A stretch of DNA of 64,000 nucleotides, taken from Eledone cirrhosa (lineage: Eukaryota). Numbering within the stretch: the first letter of the stretch is position 1; each line of letters opens with the position of its first letter. A program made the translations under genes and the position numbers. Shown here piece after piece: positions 27,802 to 41,487 of this stretch. The notes beneath the pieces were generated by a model. That model was not told where the DNA came from. It ran no database searches and saw only the letters and a program-made list of their open reading frames with translations. The stretch covers positions 17,298,001 to 17,362,000 of the forward strand of contig OZ024760.1 of assembly GCA_964016885.1 (NCBI GenBank). Direction: 5' to 3'.

Positions 27802-28433
27802 GAAAGGGTTAATGATATAGACAGTGTCTTTCATTAGAAATATGGTAATGAAAAGGTTAATGATATAGACAGTGTCTTTCATTAGAAATATGGTAATGAA
27901 AGGGTTAATGATATAGACAGTGTCTTTCATTAGAAATATGGTAATGAAAGGGTTAATGATATAGACAGTGTCTTTCATTAGAAATATGGTAATGAAAGGG
28001 TTAATGATATAGACAGTGTCTTTCATTAGAAATATGGTAATGAAAGGGTTAATGATATAGACACTGTCTTTCATTAGAAATATGGTAATGAAAAGGTTAA
28101 AGACATAGACAGTGTCTTTTATTAGAAATATGGTAATGAAAGGGTTAAAGACATAGACAGTGTCTTTCATTAGTAATATGGTAATGAAAGGATTAAAGAC
28201 ATAGACAGTGTCTTTCATTAGAAATATGGTAATGAAAGGGTTAAAGACATAGACTGTCTTTCATTAGAAATATGGTAATGAAAGGGTTAAAGACATAGAC
28301 AGTGTCTTTCATTAGAAATATGGTAATGAAAGGGTTAAAGACATAGACAGTGTCTTTCATTAGAAATATGGTAATGAAAGGGTTAAAGACATAGACAGTG
28401 TCTTTCATTAGAAATATGGTAATGAAAGGGTTA
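27724..28433. repeat. 48-bp minisatellite, about 15 copies
   Basis: Same unit as 4372-4700. Confidence 0.95.
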
Positions 28434-28879
28434 TTTCATTTAGTTGGTGGGGGAATTAGTTCCCTGTTTTGGTTGTGGACACCAGACATACACACAGATA
28501 CACACAGAGGCACACACACACATGTGTATCTGAGACAGCTGGCAATGTGTGGCTTGTACCGTTAAATTTTGAGAAGACATTTTGGCAATGTGTGGCTTGT
28601 ACTGTTAAATTTTGAGAAGGCATTTTGGCAATGTTGATGTTGATGTTATTATTGTTGTTGTTGGTATACCAGAACTAGATCAGCTGTACTGCTAACTGCA
28701 TGTCTGTCTACGTCTCTCTCTCTTTTGTTCTCTTGCCTTTACCAACCTCTCTCTCCCTCATGCTGACTCTAGAAGCAATGTCTTTCATTAGACATATGGT
28801 ACCAAAAGGAGTAATAATAGTTGAAGTCAGACATTCACATCCATTGGTGGTGAAACGAGTGTTAGGGAGAAGACAGTGT

Positions 28880-29205
28880 AAGGGAGAGAGAGGTATCAGT
28901 GTTGTCAAGGACATGACAACCCCTGAAGGCAGTATAAGGGAGAGAGAGGTATCAGTGTTGTCAAGGACATGACAACCCCTGAAGGCAGTATAAGGGAGAG
29001 AGAGGTATCTTTAGTGTTGTCAAGGACATGACAACTCCTGAAGGCAGTATAAGGGAGAGTGAGGTATCTTTAGTGTTGTCAAGGACATGACAACTCCTGA
29101 AGGCAGTATAAGGGAGAGAGGGGTATCTTTAGTGTTGTCAAGGACAACAACTCCTGAAGACAGTATATGGGAGAGTGAGGTATCTTTAGTGCTGTTGAGG
29201 ACATG
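28880..29205. repeat. 56-59-bp minisatellite, about 6 copies
   Basis: AAGGGAGAGAGAGGTATC(TTT)AGTGTTGTCAAGGACATGACAACYCCTGAAGGCAGTAT. Confidence 0.9.
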
Positions 29206-29441
29206 GGAACCCCTCTAGTGTTAGTGCCGTCACATAATGGCTGCTTCACTCTATTCTAACGTTGATTTCACATTTCATTATCTTCTTTCACAAAAACAAC
29301 AAAGCATGGCAAAGGCTGAGATACACCATATATATATATTCTCATATATGTTACTCTGGTAGAGAGATATTTAAACATGTTCGTGTGTATGTCACACTAT
29401 CATCATTTCATCATCATCATCATCATCATTTTACGGCCGCT

Positions 29442-30566
29442 TTTCATCATCTGGTGTGATGTGAAGGTTGCCACATCACTCTCCCCCCTCCTCCTTTCAC
29501 CACATCCCACAACCACCACATCACCAGACCACCATCACAACTACTATTCCGACCACCTCTACCTCCCACCACCACTACTTCACCAGAGCAGCACCATCAT
29601 CACCACTTCTACTCCTACCACCCCCCTCATCATCACCTCTACCTCCACCACCCCACACTCCTGTTAAGTTTCAGTTGCTGATGGCAATGGTAGATGTGAG
29701 TTACATCAGCCAGTTCTGGCTCCAGGCTTCTCATCATAAGATTATCCTTGTTGTTCTATTTCATTGACTTACACCATCAACACCAACACCACCCTCACCA
29801 CCACCATTACACTACCACCAGCATCACTACAAAAACACCTCCACGCCGCCTACACCATTATGCCAACATCAACACCACCATCATCACTACACCAACACAA
29901 CCGACACAAGAAAAACACTTCCATACCACCACCACAACTACACAAACACCTCCACGACCACCACCACACCAACACCACCATCATATACTTCTGTATCACC
30001 ATTACAACGAACATCACACCACTCTACTAGTTAGTCATGGTTGGAACACTGATTCAAGGTTGACCTAGGGCTAAACAACAACAACTATTCCCCAAACCAT
30101 TAACAATTTCTCTCCACCCTCTCCCGTTTCTTTACTTGTTAACCTATGTGTTACCCCTCCCCATCGACAATGATATACAAGGACTACATTATCCAGTATA
30201 CCAGTCCCGTCCCATCCTTCTTCAACCTTTCTGAAAAGCAAACCACCTGAAACCACCTCTGGTTCTATGATAAGAAAGAAACTTTATTTCAACATGTTTA
30301 TTTTTATCTAAACATCTTCCACCCCAATTTTATGTAAAAGTCTTTTGTTATATAAGAGTTCCAGACACCAGCTTAGTAATGGTTTCTGAAAGAGGCACAA
30401 GGTCAGCTTAATACTAAGAAAGTTTACATATATTACTAAATCCTGCCAACTTCTTCATTATTTTCAAAATGTATGGAATACCATAGTGAGACAGTGTCTT
30501 TCATAGTAATATGGTAATGAAAGGGTTAATGATATAGACAGTGTCTTTCATTAGAAATATGGTAAT
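29442..30566 (+). repeat. 1.1-kb duplicated segment (copy 2)
   Basis: Matches 26685-27801. Confidence 0.95.
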
Positions 30567-30684
30567 ACTAGTGCGACATATACATGAACTGTATATCTAC
30601 CAGAGCGAGATATAGATATTTATACATGTTCATGTATATCTCGCTCTGGTAGATATACATGTTCATGTATATGTCGCACTAGTA
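30566..30684. repeat. About 120-bp inverted repeat or MITE-like element
   Basis: TA-CTAGTGCGACATATACATGAAC...GTTCATGTATATGTCGCACTAG-TA with arms of about 45 bp. Confidence 0.8.
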
Positions 30685-30956
30685 GATAGATTGCATAGGC
30701 AACTTTTAGAAAGATCTGTTCTTGTTTCTTATTGATGCAGTTTGCATTTTTTCGTCTTTGTTTGTGTAATTTGCTGAAAAGCATAACTTGTCTTGTCTTC
30801 GTCTCTCCCTGTTTTGTTGCATCCCAATGTTTACTGGAACAAACAGTATCAATCTTGATGTACTGAGACTGAAATGATTTCCAAAGGTTGAATGAGGCAA
30901 TTTTTCCATTGTTTTTCTGTTGTCTTTGTCCGACCCCCCCCCCCCCCCTGTTTTGG

Positions 30957-30987
<31 letters not shown>

Positions 30988-31403
30988 AGTGTGTGTGTCT
31001 GGAGAGAGAGAGAGAGAGCGCAGATCTTAAAAGACTGTTGTGATAAACAAAGAACAGAGGTGAAGATATTTAGAAGGCCACAGAAGTACAATGAATTTAT
31101 AGAGATTAAAGATTAAAGGATTAATGTAAATGTTAAATCTATTTTACACTTATAATATAAATTGTCCTGGTTCGCTTGAAGGGAAATGCTTTCACATACA
31201 AACATACATCTATACACATACTTATATGCATTCATCATCATCATTTTACATCCGCTTTTACCTGCTTGCAAGGGTTGAACGGGTCCTATTCAGCACAGTG
31301 TATATTTATATAGATATACATACATTTGTCTTTATATACACAAACAATGCAATCTCACACACACACACACACTCACCATCTTGGCCTTGCATGGTATATA
31401 CTG

Positions 31404-31498
<95 letters not shown>

Positions 31499-32003
31499 CA
31501 TTTAATTCACATACATACACAGATACACATGTACACACACACATATACTTCATTTAATTCACATACAGATACACATGCACACACACGCTCATATTCACAT
31601 ATATACACACACTCACTTATATTCACCACATACTCCACACACCATGCTCTCACATTTACAATGCATATACATATACACACTATAGGTTAATGTAACACAC
31701 ACACACACACACTTCAAGCGCACAAATGCTCACATATGCACTACACATTCAAATACCACACACACAGCTGTCACACCATACACACATGACTTGTTTACCA
31801 CACACACACACACCCCATACACTCACACACACACACACATAACAAGTACACCACTACATCCCCTCACACACACACTCACCCCTACACACACGTGACAGCT
31901 ATATGTCATCACACCATATAGTCCACTACACAACACATGAGTCAACACATGGTCACTGCTCTGCTAGAAACAAGTGTCGGATATTCTCTGAATGAGATTA
32001 TTA

Positions 32004-32184
32004 GCGTATATGCCTGCGTACAAGACGACATTCGGGGCCCTAAAAATCTCTCTCCCAAAACAGGGGTCGACTTGTCTGCCGAATATAAAATGTGGCAGTA
32101 TGAGTACTGCTTCACCTGAACTACATCTCAGAATTTTAGGGGTTGACCTATGTGCAGGATGGACTTGCACACCGGCATATATGG
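32004..32184. mobile_element. Degenerate Tc2/pogo-like MITE
   Basis: CGTATATGCCTGCGTACAAG ... CTTGCACACCGGCATATATGG imperfect TIRs; internal AGGGGTYGAC duplication. Confidence 0.5.
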
Positions 32185-32194
32185 TTTGTCTTAA

Positions 32195-32775
32195 CCCTTT
32201 AGCATTTACATTACTCTATATTTACGGATTGGCAGTATCGGTAGAGAGTCGGACACCATGCTTTGACGCATAGAGTTACGGCCCTTGCCATTCGGAGTTC
32301 AAATCCCGCCGAGGTTAACTTTGCCTTTCATCCTTACGGGGTCGATAAAATAAAGTACCAGTAATGTACTGGGTATTTGCGGCCTTGTGCCTAAAATAGA
32401 AACAATTATATTTTCATGGTTAAGGCTTTACCTCACATGATATCGAATCTATGAGATTTTGATGTTATTCATTTTGAGAACAATACCTTAACATCAGTAT
32501 GAATGGCCAGTTACAGCTGGTTCGAACAGAAAGAGGTGAGAAAATTCTGGCCAGATCAGCCAGTTTAACCTTTTAGCATTTACATTACTCTATATATACT
32601 ATTGTATTTTCATGGTAAAGGCTTCATCTCACATAATATCGAATCTATGAGATTTTGATATTATATATTTTGAGTATAATACCTTAACATCAGTATGAGT
32701 GGCTGGTTACAGCCAGTTTGAACAGAAAGAGGTGAGAGAATTCAGGCCAGATATGACTAGTTTAAATGCTAAAGT
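32195..32775 (+). mobile_element. Two tandem MITE family A copies, the first interrupted by a SINE (32226-32408)
   Basis: TIR and body matches; second copy starts at an internal TTAA near 32565. Confidence 0.75.
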
Positions 32776-33629
32776 GTTAAAGAAGCCACATTGGAGAATA
32801 TACACCTTGCTTTAACAAGTAGTTAGATGGATGGTCACAACTGGAGCACTTGAGGGTGGAGGTGAGGGGCTTCCATGTCTGTCTGTCTGTCTGTCGGTGA
32901 CCATGTTGGAATTTAGCCTCCAGTGTCAGTAGAAGGTTGGACGGCATTCTTTGGCGCATGGAGTTACGACCCTTGCCATTCTGTGTTCAAATCCCGCCGA
33001 GGTTAACTTTGCCTTTCATCCTTACGGGGTCGATAAAATAAAGTACCAGTAATACACTGGGGGTAACTGCTGGCCTTGTACCAAAAGTAGAAACAATTAT
33101 GTGTTTACAATTCACTGTCTCTCCTCTTCTCCATTTCTCTCTACCACCCCTTTCTCCTCACCCTCCCTTCTGCTCTCCTCCATCTCTCTCTCTCTTTCTA
33201 CTACTCCTCCCTCCCTTCTGTTCTCTCTCTCCTTCTTTCCATTTCTTTCCCCATTTTTCTTTCTCTTTTTTTCTGCCCTTGTATCACTCTGCCTCTCTCT
33301 CTCCATGTGTTTCACCCCCCCCTCTCCCTCCCTTCTCTCACTCTATCTCCATTTGTCTCATGTTCTCTCTCTACTACCCCCTCTCTCTCTACCCCCCTCT
33401 CTTCTGCTCTGCTCTCTGCTCTCTAACAATGAGTCAGTTCAGTTCAGTTATGGCTGGCTAATCTGGTGGTTGAGATTAAACCATTATAAAATACATAGGA
33501 AACTGTTCCTGTTGAGACTGCACTCTTTGACTCACGCAGACACTCCTTCACTCAAATACCAACTCACCTACCCACACACACATTCAATCACCAACCCACA
33601 CTCAAACTCATTTGGGGGGGGGGGGGGGC

Positions 33630-34090
33630 AATACTTTACATCTGGTGGGGACCCATCACTAGATTTCAGGGCCAACACTTCACATCTGGTCTGGACCTAT
33701 CTCTAGATTTAGGGGCCAACACTTCACATCTGGTCTGGACCTATCACTAGATTTCAGGGCCAACACTTCACATCTGGTCTGGACCTATCACTAGATTTCA
33801 GGGCCAACACTTCACATCTGGTCTGGACCTATCACTAGATTTCAGGGCCAACACTTCACATCTGGTCTGAACCTATCTCTAGATTTTGTGGCCAACATTT
33901 CACATCTGGTGGGGACCTAATTCTACATTTTGTGGCCAACACTTCACATCTGGTGGGAACCTATCACTAGATTTTGTTGCCAATATTTCACATCTGGTAG
34001 GGACCTATTACTAGATTTTGTGGCCTACATTTCACATCTGGCCTGGCTCTCTTACAGTCTACATCTGTCGTCTATATTTCACATCTGGCC
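33630..34090. repeat. 44-bp minisatellite, about 10 copies, degenerating to the right
   Basis: AGATTTCAGGGCCAACACTTCACATCTGGTCTGGACCTATCACT. Confidence 0.92.
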
Positions 34091-35788
34091 TGATGTAAAA
34101 TACATATCGTGTTTATGTTACAATAGAAATTTGTATTGCTGTATAATCACACAGTTTGGCTGAAGTGAGGTTTGCCTTTATCTCTGTGGACCCCAATATA
34201 TACCTGGTACTTTGGTGTCATTCATTAAGACCCCAATACCTGCTTGTTAAGTGTCCCTACAATTTCAATAACAGTTAAGTGTCCATTCATCACTACGGCG
34301 TCCCTACACTTTCAATAACAGTCAAGTGTCCGTACATATATACATGTCTGTATAGTAAATATTAAAGATATAATTTATCCTGATTCAGCTTTGTTGGGGC
34401 AAGGTATATTGACTGAAAGTGTTCCATCCTGTTGATTGATGGCTGGGGTTAAATAACAACAGTAACAACAACAATATTGGTTAATCAATTAGAGCATTTA
34501 TGTGGTTATTTAACTTGCTAGAAATAGCAGTCAAATTTCCTTCTTATCTCACCCCTCTACTACCTCAAAAATTATTAGGGCCCTGTGGTGGTTATCATAT
34601 TTTCTTTTAAAACTTGGTAAGGTGTATTTTGAGGAAGATTTCAGCTACCTTTTCTAGCAGAATGAGAGACCACATAGAATTTCCCACATTGTCTCATGTT
34701 GTTATTTGGAAGGGCGGTGTTGTAGTGTTGTTTGTAGAGGTGGAGGAGGTGGTGTGGGGGTGATTGTAGTGTTGTTTGTGGAGGTGGGGGTGGTGTTTGT
34801 GGAGGTGGTTTGGTGGTGGTGTTTGTGGAGGTGGTGGTGGTGGTGGTTTTAGTGTTTAGAAGGGTTGGGTCATTGGAGGTCGTGGTGGGGTTGATATTTG
34901 GTTTGGGTAATGTTTCCTGGGGTCTCCGTGGTGATGAGGTTGATGTTTGGTTGTAGTGATTGTGGTGTTTAGTGGGTGGGGGTTGATATTTGGTACGGAG
35001 GGGGGGGTATCTTTATGTTGTTGTTCCTGCTGATGTTGTTACTGTTGTTATGGTCTCAGCATTATCTGGGAGAATTTTGTAAACAACATTAATGATTCAT
35101 GTAATGTAGTGCCCCCTCCCCCACGTCCCCTTCCACCCATCATAAACCCTTCTCTCCGCCCCCACCCTCACCTATGCCCTCTTACCTTGCCTTATTTCCT
35201 TAATCTCTCTCTCTCTCTCTCTCCAGCCCTTTCACCTGCTTTCATTATCACGCCACCTCCCCTTTACTTTTTATTGGGTGCTGCTCAACATCCCCTATCA
35301 TAATATCTCTGCCTGGTCCACTCCCCCACTCACCAATAAGCCCTCTACCCCCTTCTCCGCTGCCACCCCAGCTCTTCCAGCCTGCATCTTCTCCTCCACC
35401 TCCTCCTCATTACAGCTAATCTGCTCTGTCTCCTTTCCAAGGACAGCATCATCATCATCACCACCACCACCACTGCCATTACCATCATCGCCACCACTGC
35501 CACCAACACCATCACCACTATCGCAATCACTGTTATCACCAACGCCACCATCATCACCAAGGCAACCATCACCAACACAACCATCATCACCATCTACACT
35601 ACTACTACTACTACTACCACCACCACACTACCATCATCATTACCATCGCCATCGCCATCACCACCACACTACTACCATCACCATCTGCACTACTACCACC
35701 ACCACCACCACACTACTATCACCATCATCACTACCACTACCATCATCATCATCATCACCACTGCCACCATCACCACCACTACCATCTT

Positions 35789-35824
<36 letters not shown>

Positions 35825-36127
35825 ACCGCTACCATCACCATCAGCTGCTGCTGCTTCTTTGAAACTGCCAAAGCATTAACCAAATTTCACCTCCACCCCC
35901 CACCCCTCACCCCATCATCCCCCACCTCCACCACCAACATACACAATACCATTCTCCCCCCTCCACACATGCTGTGTTAATTATTCCCCTGTTTCTTCCA
36001 ATCAGAAACTCTCTTTTACAGACAGTTGCACTCAATCTAACCACTGTGTGTCTGTATATGGGTGTCTCTCTGTGTGTGTATATATATATATATATATATT
36101 ATGTGTGTACGTATGTATGTATGTATA

Positions 36128-36167
<40 letters not shown>

Positions 36168-37590
36168 TGTATGTATGTGTGTGTGTCTCTCTCTCTATAT
36201 ATAAGTATGTGTGTGTTTACATGTTGTAGAGGACTGGGCTTAGTGGTTAGGCAGTTTGGTTCATGACTCAGGTTGTGAGTTCAACTCAAGTTACAGTGTC
36301 TCCTTGAGCAAGTTACTCTATTTCATGTTGCTCAGGTCCTTTCAGCTGGTAAATATATATTCCTGTCATTTAAATTAGTTGTCATTGTCTTACTTTACAA
36401 AAAGTACTTTTAAGCCTGTTGTGGTGGTGGTGGTATGGTGGTGGTCGTTGTGGTGTGGTGGTGGTGGTGGTGATGGTGGTATTGATGGTGGTGGTAGTGG
36501 TGGTGATGATGGTATGGTGGTGGTATTGATGGTGGCAATAACTGTTGTGGTGGTGGTAGTGGTAGTGATGGTAATGGTGGTGGTGGTTGTGGTGGTGGCA
36601 GTGATGGCAATGGTAGTTGTTGTTGTTGTGGTGGCCTTAGTTGTGTTGGTGTTAGTGGTAGCAGTGGTGGTTGTGGTGGTGGTGGTGGTGGTGGTGGTGT
36701 TAGTGGTAGCAATGGTGGTAATGGTTGTTGTTGTGGTGGTGCTAGTGGTAGCAGTGAGGATTGTTGCTGTTGTGGTGGTGGTGCTAGTGGTAGCAGTGAG
36801 GATTGTTGCTGTTGTGGTGGTGGTGGTAGTGGTTGTGGTGGTGGTGCTAGTGGTAGCAGTAGTGGTTGTTGTTGTGGTGCTAGTGGTGGTTGTTTTTGCT
36901 CCTGCCTGGTAGTAATGATTGCAGAATATAGAAGTGGAATGAAGAACCTTCAGAGTTATCTGCATGTATCTCTCTCTTATTAGACCCCCCCCCACACACA
37001 CACACATACACACCACTCCCCACACCCCATACCACACCACCCTATCTATCACCATTTCCTTTCCCAGGTCAACTTACAGGTTCACAGCTTTCCATGACCT
37101 GCTGATAAAAGTCTGACATCTCACAGATTATACCAATCTCTGCTGCATGTCCACTGTATTACTACTGCTCAGTGCAGTTGAAAATACCCACCACAGCAGC
37201 AGTCATGCAGTAGGTTATACATTAACTCTATTTATATATTAGTTACTAGCAACCCAACAAAAAGCACAAGTATACAATTCTTTAGTAATACTAAAGGGGT
37301 TGGTGGTGTAATTTTATGATAGGACACACTCACTCTCTCACTCTCTCTCTCTCACACACACATATATAGTTTCTCTCTCTCCATATATATATATATATAA
37401 AAAACATTTGTTCCAATTCCAACCCGCCCGTCCCCTCAATTTCTCATTCTTTCTCCTGATGAAGGACTAGCGTCTGAATCATTAAGATCCTCTTCTTGCT
37501 ATTTCAAGCGTTAACCTAATATATTCCTTCCATATACTGTACCGATTGTGTTGTTATTTCTGTTTACCTTTTATATACATACACACACAC

Positions 37591-37650
<60 letters not shown>

Positions 37651-38143
37651 GCTGGTTAATGGCTTCTTAACCATCGTCTCAGTTTGTATGACCTTTTTAA
37701 CTTATGTTTATAGCTCTGGTATCTTCATATCCATGGAGCGCTTGTCAACACAATTCGGAAGTTGCGTTTCGCTAATTTCTACCTGCCGAATTGCGATTCT
37801 CACTAAATTTATATTTATATATATATATATATATAGTAAAATGTTATAGTTTGCTTGAAGCATTGTATATAATATATAACGTTGAAAGAGATAGAAGGCT
37901 AAACAATGCAAAATGGACTGTAAGATGAGGTAACGAAAAGTAGGTTACATGGTAATCTTTGTTTTGTTGTTGTTCTTTTATCTGTCCATTATTTTGGGAC
38001 CCAAAAGTCACTTCATCAGGGTTTAAGGAACTTTCAGTGGACAACGTTCCAATTTCCTCTCTTTGGGGATAACATTTTGACTTTGATTTAAATTTTTTCT
38101 AATATATATTGTGATTTATTATTTTTAAAACTATCGTTGACAG

Positions 38144-38466
38144 TTCAACACCAAGAGAAGCAGCAAGATGCACTGAAACAACAGCAACAGGCTCTGGTGC
38201 AACATGCAATCACTCAGCAGGTTATGCCTCCCAATGCTCCGTGGCAGACGACTCCTCCACCAACAGCAGCCCCACCAATGGCCAACCTCAGCCAAGCCCC
38301 ACCAATGGCCAACCTGAATCAAGCCCCACCAACAGGTGGACCTCAGGCCCCTCTCTCTGGTCTACAGCAGCAGTTACAGCAGCAAGTTGCACAGATGCAA
38401 GAAGAGATCAAACAGAGTGAACAGAATCTGAATGCACAATACCAAAGTCTCATCCAACAGCAGCAG
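38144..38466 (+). CDS. CHERP: CHERP orthologue, first visible exon (Q/P-rich, ...EEIKQSEQNLNAQYQSLIQQQQ)
   Basis: Acceptor gacag|TT (phase 1) and donor CAG|gtgagt (phase 0). The QSEQNL..Q segment matches the CHERP region after the SURP domain. Confidence 0.85.
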
Positions 38467-38633
38467 GTGAGTTACCTCCAGGGTTGGATGTAGACCTTGG
38501 GAGGGCCCGGAGTACTTCAGTTTTTGAGGGGGCCCCTCATACACAAAATATTTGAATACACAGCAACCTCCCATCCCCTCAATTTTACATATCAAAGTTA
38601 GTTTGGTGCAAGTACTTGGAATTGAAAAGTTAA

Positions 38634-38851
38634 CCCTTTAGCATTTAAACTGGCCATATCCGGCCAGAATTCTTTCGCCTCTTCTGTTCAAACTGGCCAT
38701 ACCTCGTCACTCATACTTATGTTAAGGTATTGTTCTTAAAATGAATAATATGAAAATCTCCTAGATTCAATATTATGTGAGATAATTATGTAAGAAAGGC
38801 TTTAACATGAAAATACAATAGTATATACAGAGTAATGTAAATGCTAAAGGG
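38634..38851 (-). mobile_element. MITE family A copy
   Basis: Reverse orientation, both TIRs present. Confidence 0.8.
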
Positions 38852-39115
38852 TTATACATACAGGTATTAAATTCAAAAATTCTAACCATCCTAAAACTAA
38901 AAAGCCCAGATGAGGGTACAAATAGATTGCTACGGCCATTGCTGGTGATGCCCCCTACCGCAGAAGGCTCGAGGAAATAGCTCTCTTTGTCTACCGCCAC
39001 CCTGCACCTCCACCTCCCTGTGTGGTGTCTTTCAATAGATGGTTCAATATGAGAAAGTTACTTATTTCACTAAATCTCCCGAAGTCCTTTATTATTTTCA
39101 AAGTTATTTGAATAC

Positions 39116-39871
39116 CATAGACAGTGTCTTTCATTAGAAATATGGTAATGAAAGGGTTAATGACATAGACAGTGTCTTTCACTGTAAATATGGTAATGAC
39201 AGAGTTAATGACATAGACAGTGTCTTTCATTAGAAATATGGTAATGAAAGGGTTAATGACATAGACAGTGTCTTTCACTGTAAATATGGTAATGACAGAG
39301 TTAATGACATAGACAGTGTCTTTCATTAGAAATATGGTAATGAAAGGGTTAATGACATAGACAGTGTCTTTCATTAGAAATATGGTAATGAAAGGGTTAA
39401 TGACATAGACAGTGTCTTTCATTAGAAATATGGTAATGAAAGGGTTAATGACATAGACAGTGTCTTTCATTAGAAATATGGTAATGAAAGGATTAATGAC
39501 ATAGACATCATCATCATCATCTTACGTCCGCTTTTCCCTGCTTGCAAGGGTGGGACGGAAACTGATTCTGGCTTGATTTCTACAGCTGGATGCCCTTCCT
39601 AACACCAACCTCATTTACAGTGAGTGCTGGGTGCTTTTTTTCCGTGGCACCTCCACGACCACTTTGCAGTGGAATGATAAGGACCCCAGTCCCTATCATC
39701 TCATTTCTACAGCTGAGTAAACTGGAGCAATGTGAAATAAAGTGTCTTGCTCAAGGAAACAACACATCACCCGGTCTGAGAATTGAACTCACAACCTTTC
39801 GATTGTAAGGCCAATGCTCTAACCACTAAGCCATGTGCCTCCATTAGAAATATGGTAATGAAAGGGTTAAT
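39116..39871. repeat. 48-bp minisatellite, about 9 copies, last unit interrupted by a SINE
   Basis: Same unit; resumes at 39843 after the SINE. Confidence 0.93.
39506..39842 (-). mobile_element. tRNA-headed CORE-like SINE with RTE-type tail ending in (TGA)n
   Basis: Head GGAGGCACATGGCTTAGTGGTTAG...GAGTTCAATTC; CORE-like CCTTGAGCAAGACACTTT...CAGCTGTAGAAATGAG. Copies at 6915-7220(+), 8665-8860(+), 36235-36350(+), 51290-51631(-), 63917-64000(+). Confidence 0.8.
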
Positions 39872-39903
39872 GTGCTAAGTTATTTTTTGTGCATTTGATC
39901 CAG

Positions 39904-40041
39904 ATTCAAATAGAAGAAGCCATATTGAAGTGTCGGATGAAGGTAATGGAACAACTGTCAGAGGACTGTGATATTGACCTGATTGAGTTGGATAAAACCG
40001 TACAACCTATTATTGAATCCTGCACTAAGGACGCAATTCTG
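39904..40041 (+). CDS. CHERP: CHERP exon (IQIEEAILKC...VQPIIESCTKDAIL), start of CID domain
   Basis: ccag|ATT ... CTG|gtaagc; 138 bp, phase 0/0. QPIIxxCTKDAI is a CHERP CID motif. Confidence 0.93.
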
Positions 40042-40274
40042 GTAAGCATTTGATTTTGTCGAAAACATCAGTATCTCCCACTCCGTCTCCTTTTCCATCA
40101 TCATCAGGCTTAGCAACATAAAGTTACTTAAAGACTCGTTCCAACCTCTGGCTTATGGATATACTGTATCCTCCTCCTATGACTTCTACTGCTACTACAA
40201 CAGCTGTTGCTCTTCAGAGCTGGTTGGTCACATGTTATCTCTCCACTCAGACACACATGACTCATTTTTTCTTC

Positions 40275-40540
40275 TCACAGTCACTGGCCCTTCCTTCAGA
40301 AGGTCTGTAATGACCACATTTACTGGCTCTTACTCCAGAGGGTCTGTAATGACCACATTTACTGGCTCTTACTCCAGAGGGTCTGTAATGACCACATTTA
40401 CTGGCCTTTCCTTCAAAAGGTCTGTAATGACCACAGTTTCTGGCCCTTACTCCAGAGGGTCTGTAATGACCACATTTACTGGCCCTTCCTTCAGAAGGTC
40501 TGTAATGACCACAGTTTCTGGCCCTTACTCCAGATGTTCT
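40275..40540. repeat. 39-bp minisatellite, about 7 copies, in a CHERP intron
   Basis: GGTCTGTAATGACCACATTTACTGGCCCTTCCTTCAGAA and variants. Confidence 0.92.
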
Positions 40541-40752
40541 ATCAAGGCCCTACTCACTGCCCCTTTCCTCCAGATGGCTTGTCAAAGCACAACCCCTTCC
40601 TTCAGATTTTCAAAAACAAAACAAAACAAAACAAACTATTTGTAAATATTTAGCTTCAATTCTTCATGTCCATCAACATACTGTCACCATTCCACATCAT
40701 TTCCTCTATTTACTCCGTGTTGATCCATCTTTCTGTCTCTTTCTCTTCCCAG

Positions 40753-40829
40753 AATGGTAAAAGCTGGATCTTTACACATTGTGTCACAGAAGATCACTGT
40801 CAACTTATTGCACAATATTTATTAAACAG
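40753..40829 (+). CDS. CHERP: CHERP exon (NGKSWIFTHCVTEDHCQLIAQYLLNR)
   Basis: Polypyrimidine tract plus ag|AAT ... AG|gtaata; 77 bp, phase 0/2. CID GKxW motif. Confidence 0.92.
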
Positions 40830-41487
40830 GTAATATTTTTCTTCTTTACTCATCACTGTCTGAGCAAAGTACGGCACCGTACCTTGCTCAGACAACACTG
40901 TAATTTGGCTGGGATTTTTACAGTAGGATGCCCTTCCTAACACCAACCACATTTATACATATACACATGTGAGTGTGTATGTATGAATATATATATATAT
41001 TGTTATATTTTGGGAGGGTCATATTGTTATAATAATAGAACACACTCACTGTTTGGTTTGGGTTGGTTTTCGCTTCCGTATCTTTTATATCTTCATAGTT
41101 AATTTATCTGGCAATCAATGTTTGACCAATGGTTAAAAATATAGATATAAATATATATAAAAACACACACACATGTGTGTTTATGTTTACTGTTTGTTTA
41201 TGCTCCATAGCAATTCAATAAAAAGAGACTAATAGCTGACATGAAAAAAATCAATACAGCTCTGATACTATGGACATGTGGTTAGAATGTCTCAGGAAAG
41301 AATCTCTGGACAGATTTTATGGGCAAAAGTGTAGGCCTAGGCATGGTTCTGGATTCAGTCCCACTTTGTGACACCTTGGGTGAGTGTCTTCTACTATAAG
41401 ATCTGTAAACTTTCATCTACTTAGGTACCAAATAGTGACATGCAATTTGGAACATGCATATCTCTAGATAGAACTGCCACTTCTCTG

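Noticed and set aside
27736-28218. MKDTVYIINPFITIFL repeat protein (also 4351-4728 and 38991-39470)
   Set aside because: Translation of the 48-bp minisatellite.
37447-37487. Hammerhead copy as a functional ribozyme
   Set aside because: GAAA is mutated to GAAU and stem III is disrupted; kept only as a decayed element.
38005-38032. Minus-strand CUGAUGA near the first CHERP exon
   Set aside because: No matching stem II closure, GAAA or stem I partner found.
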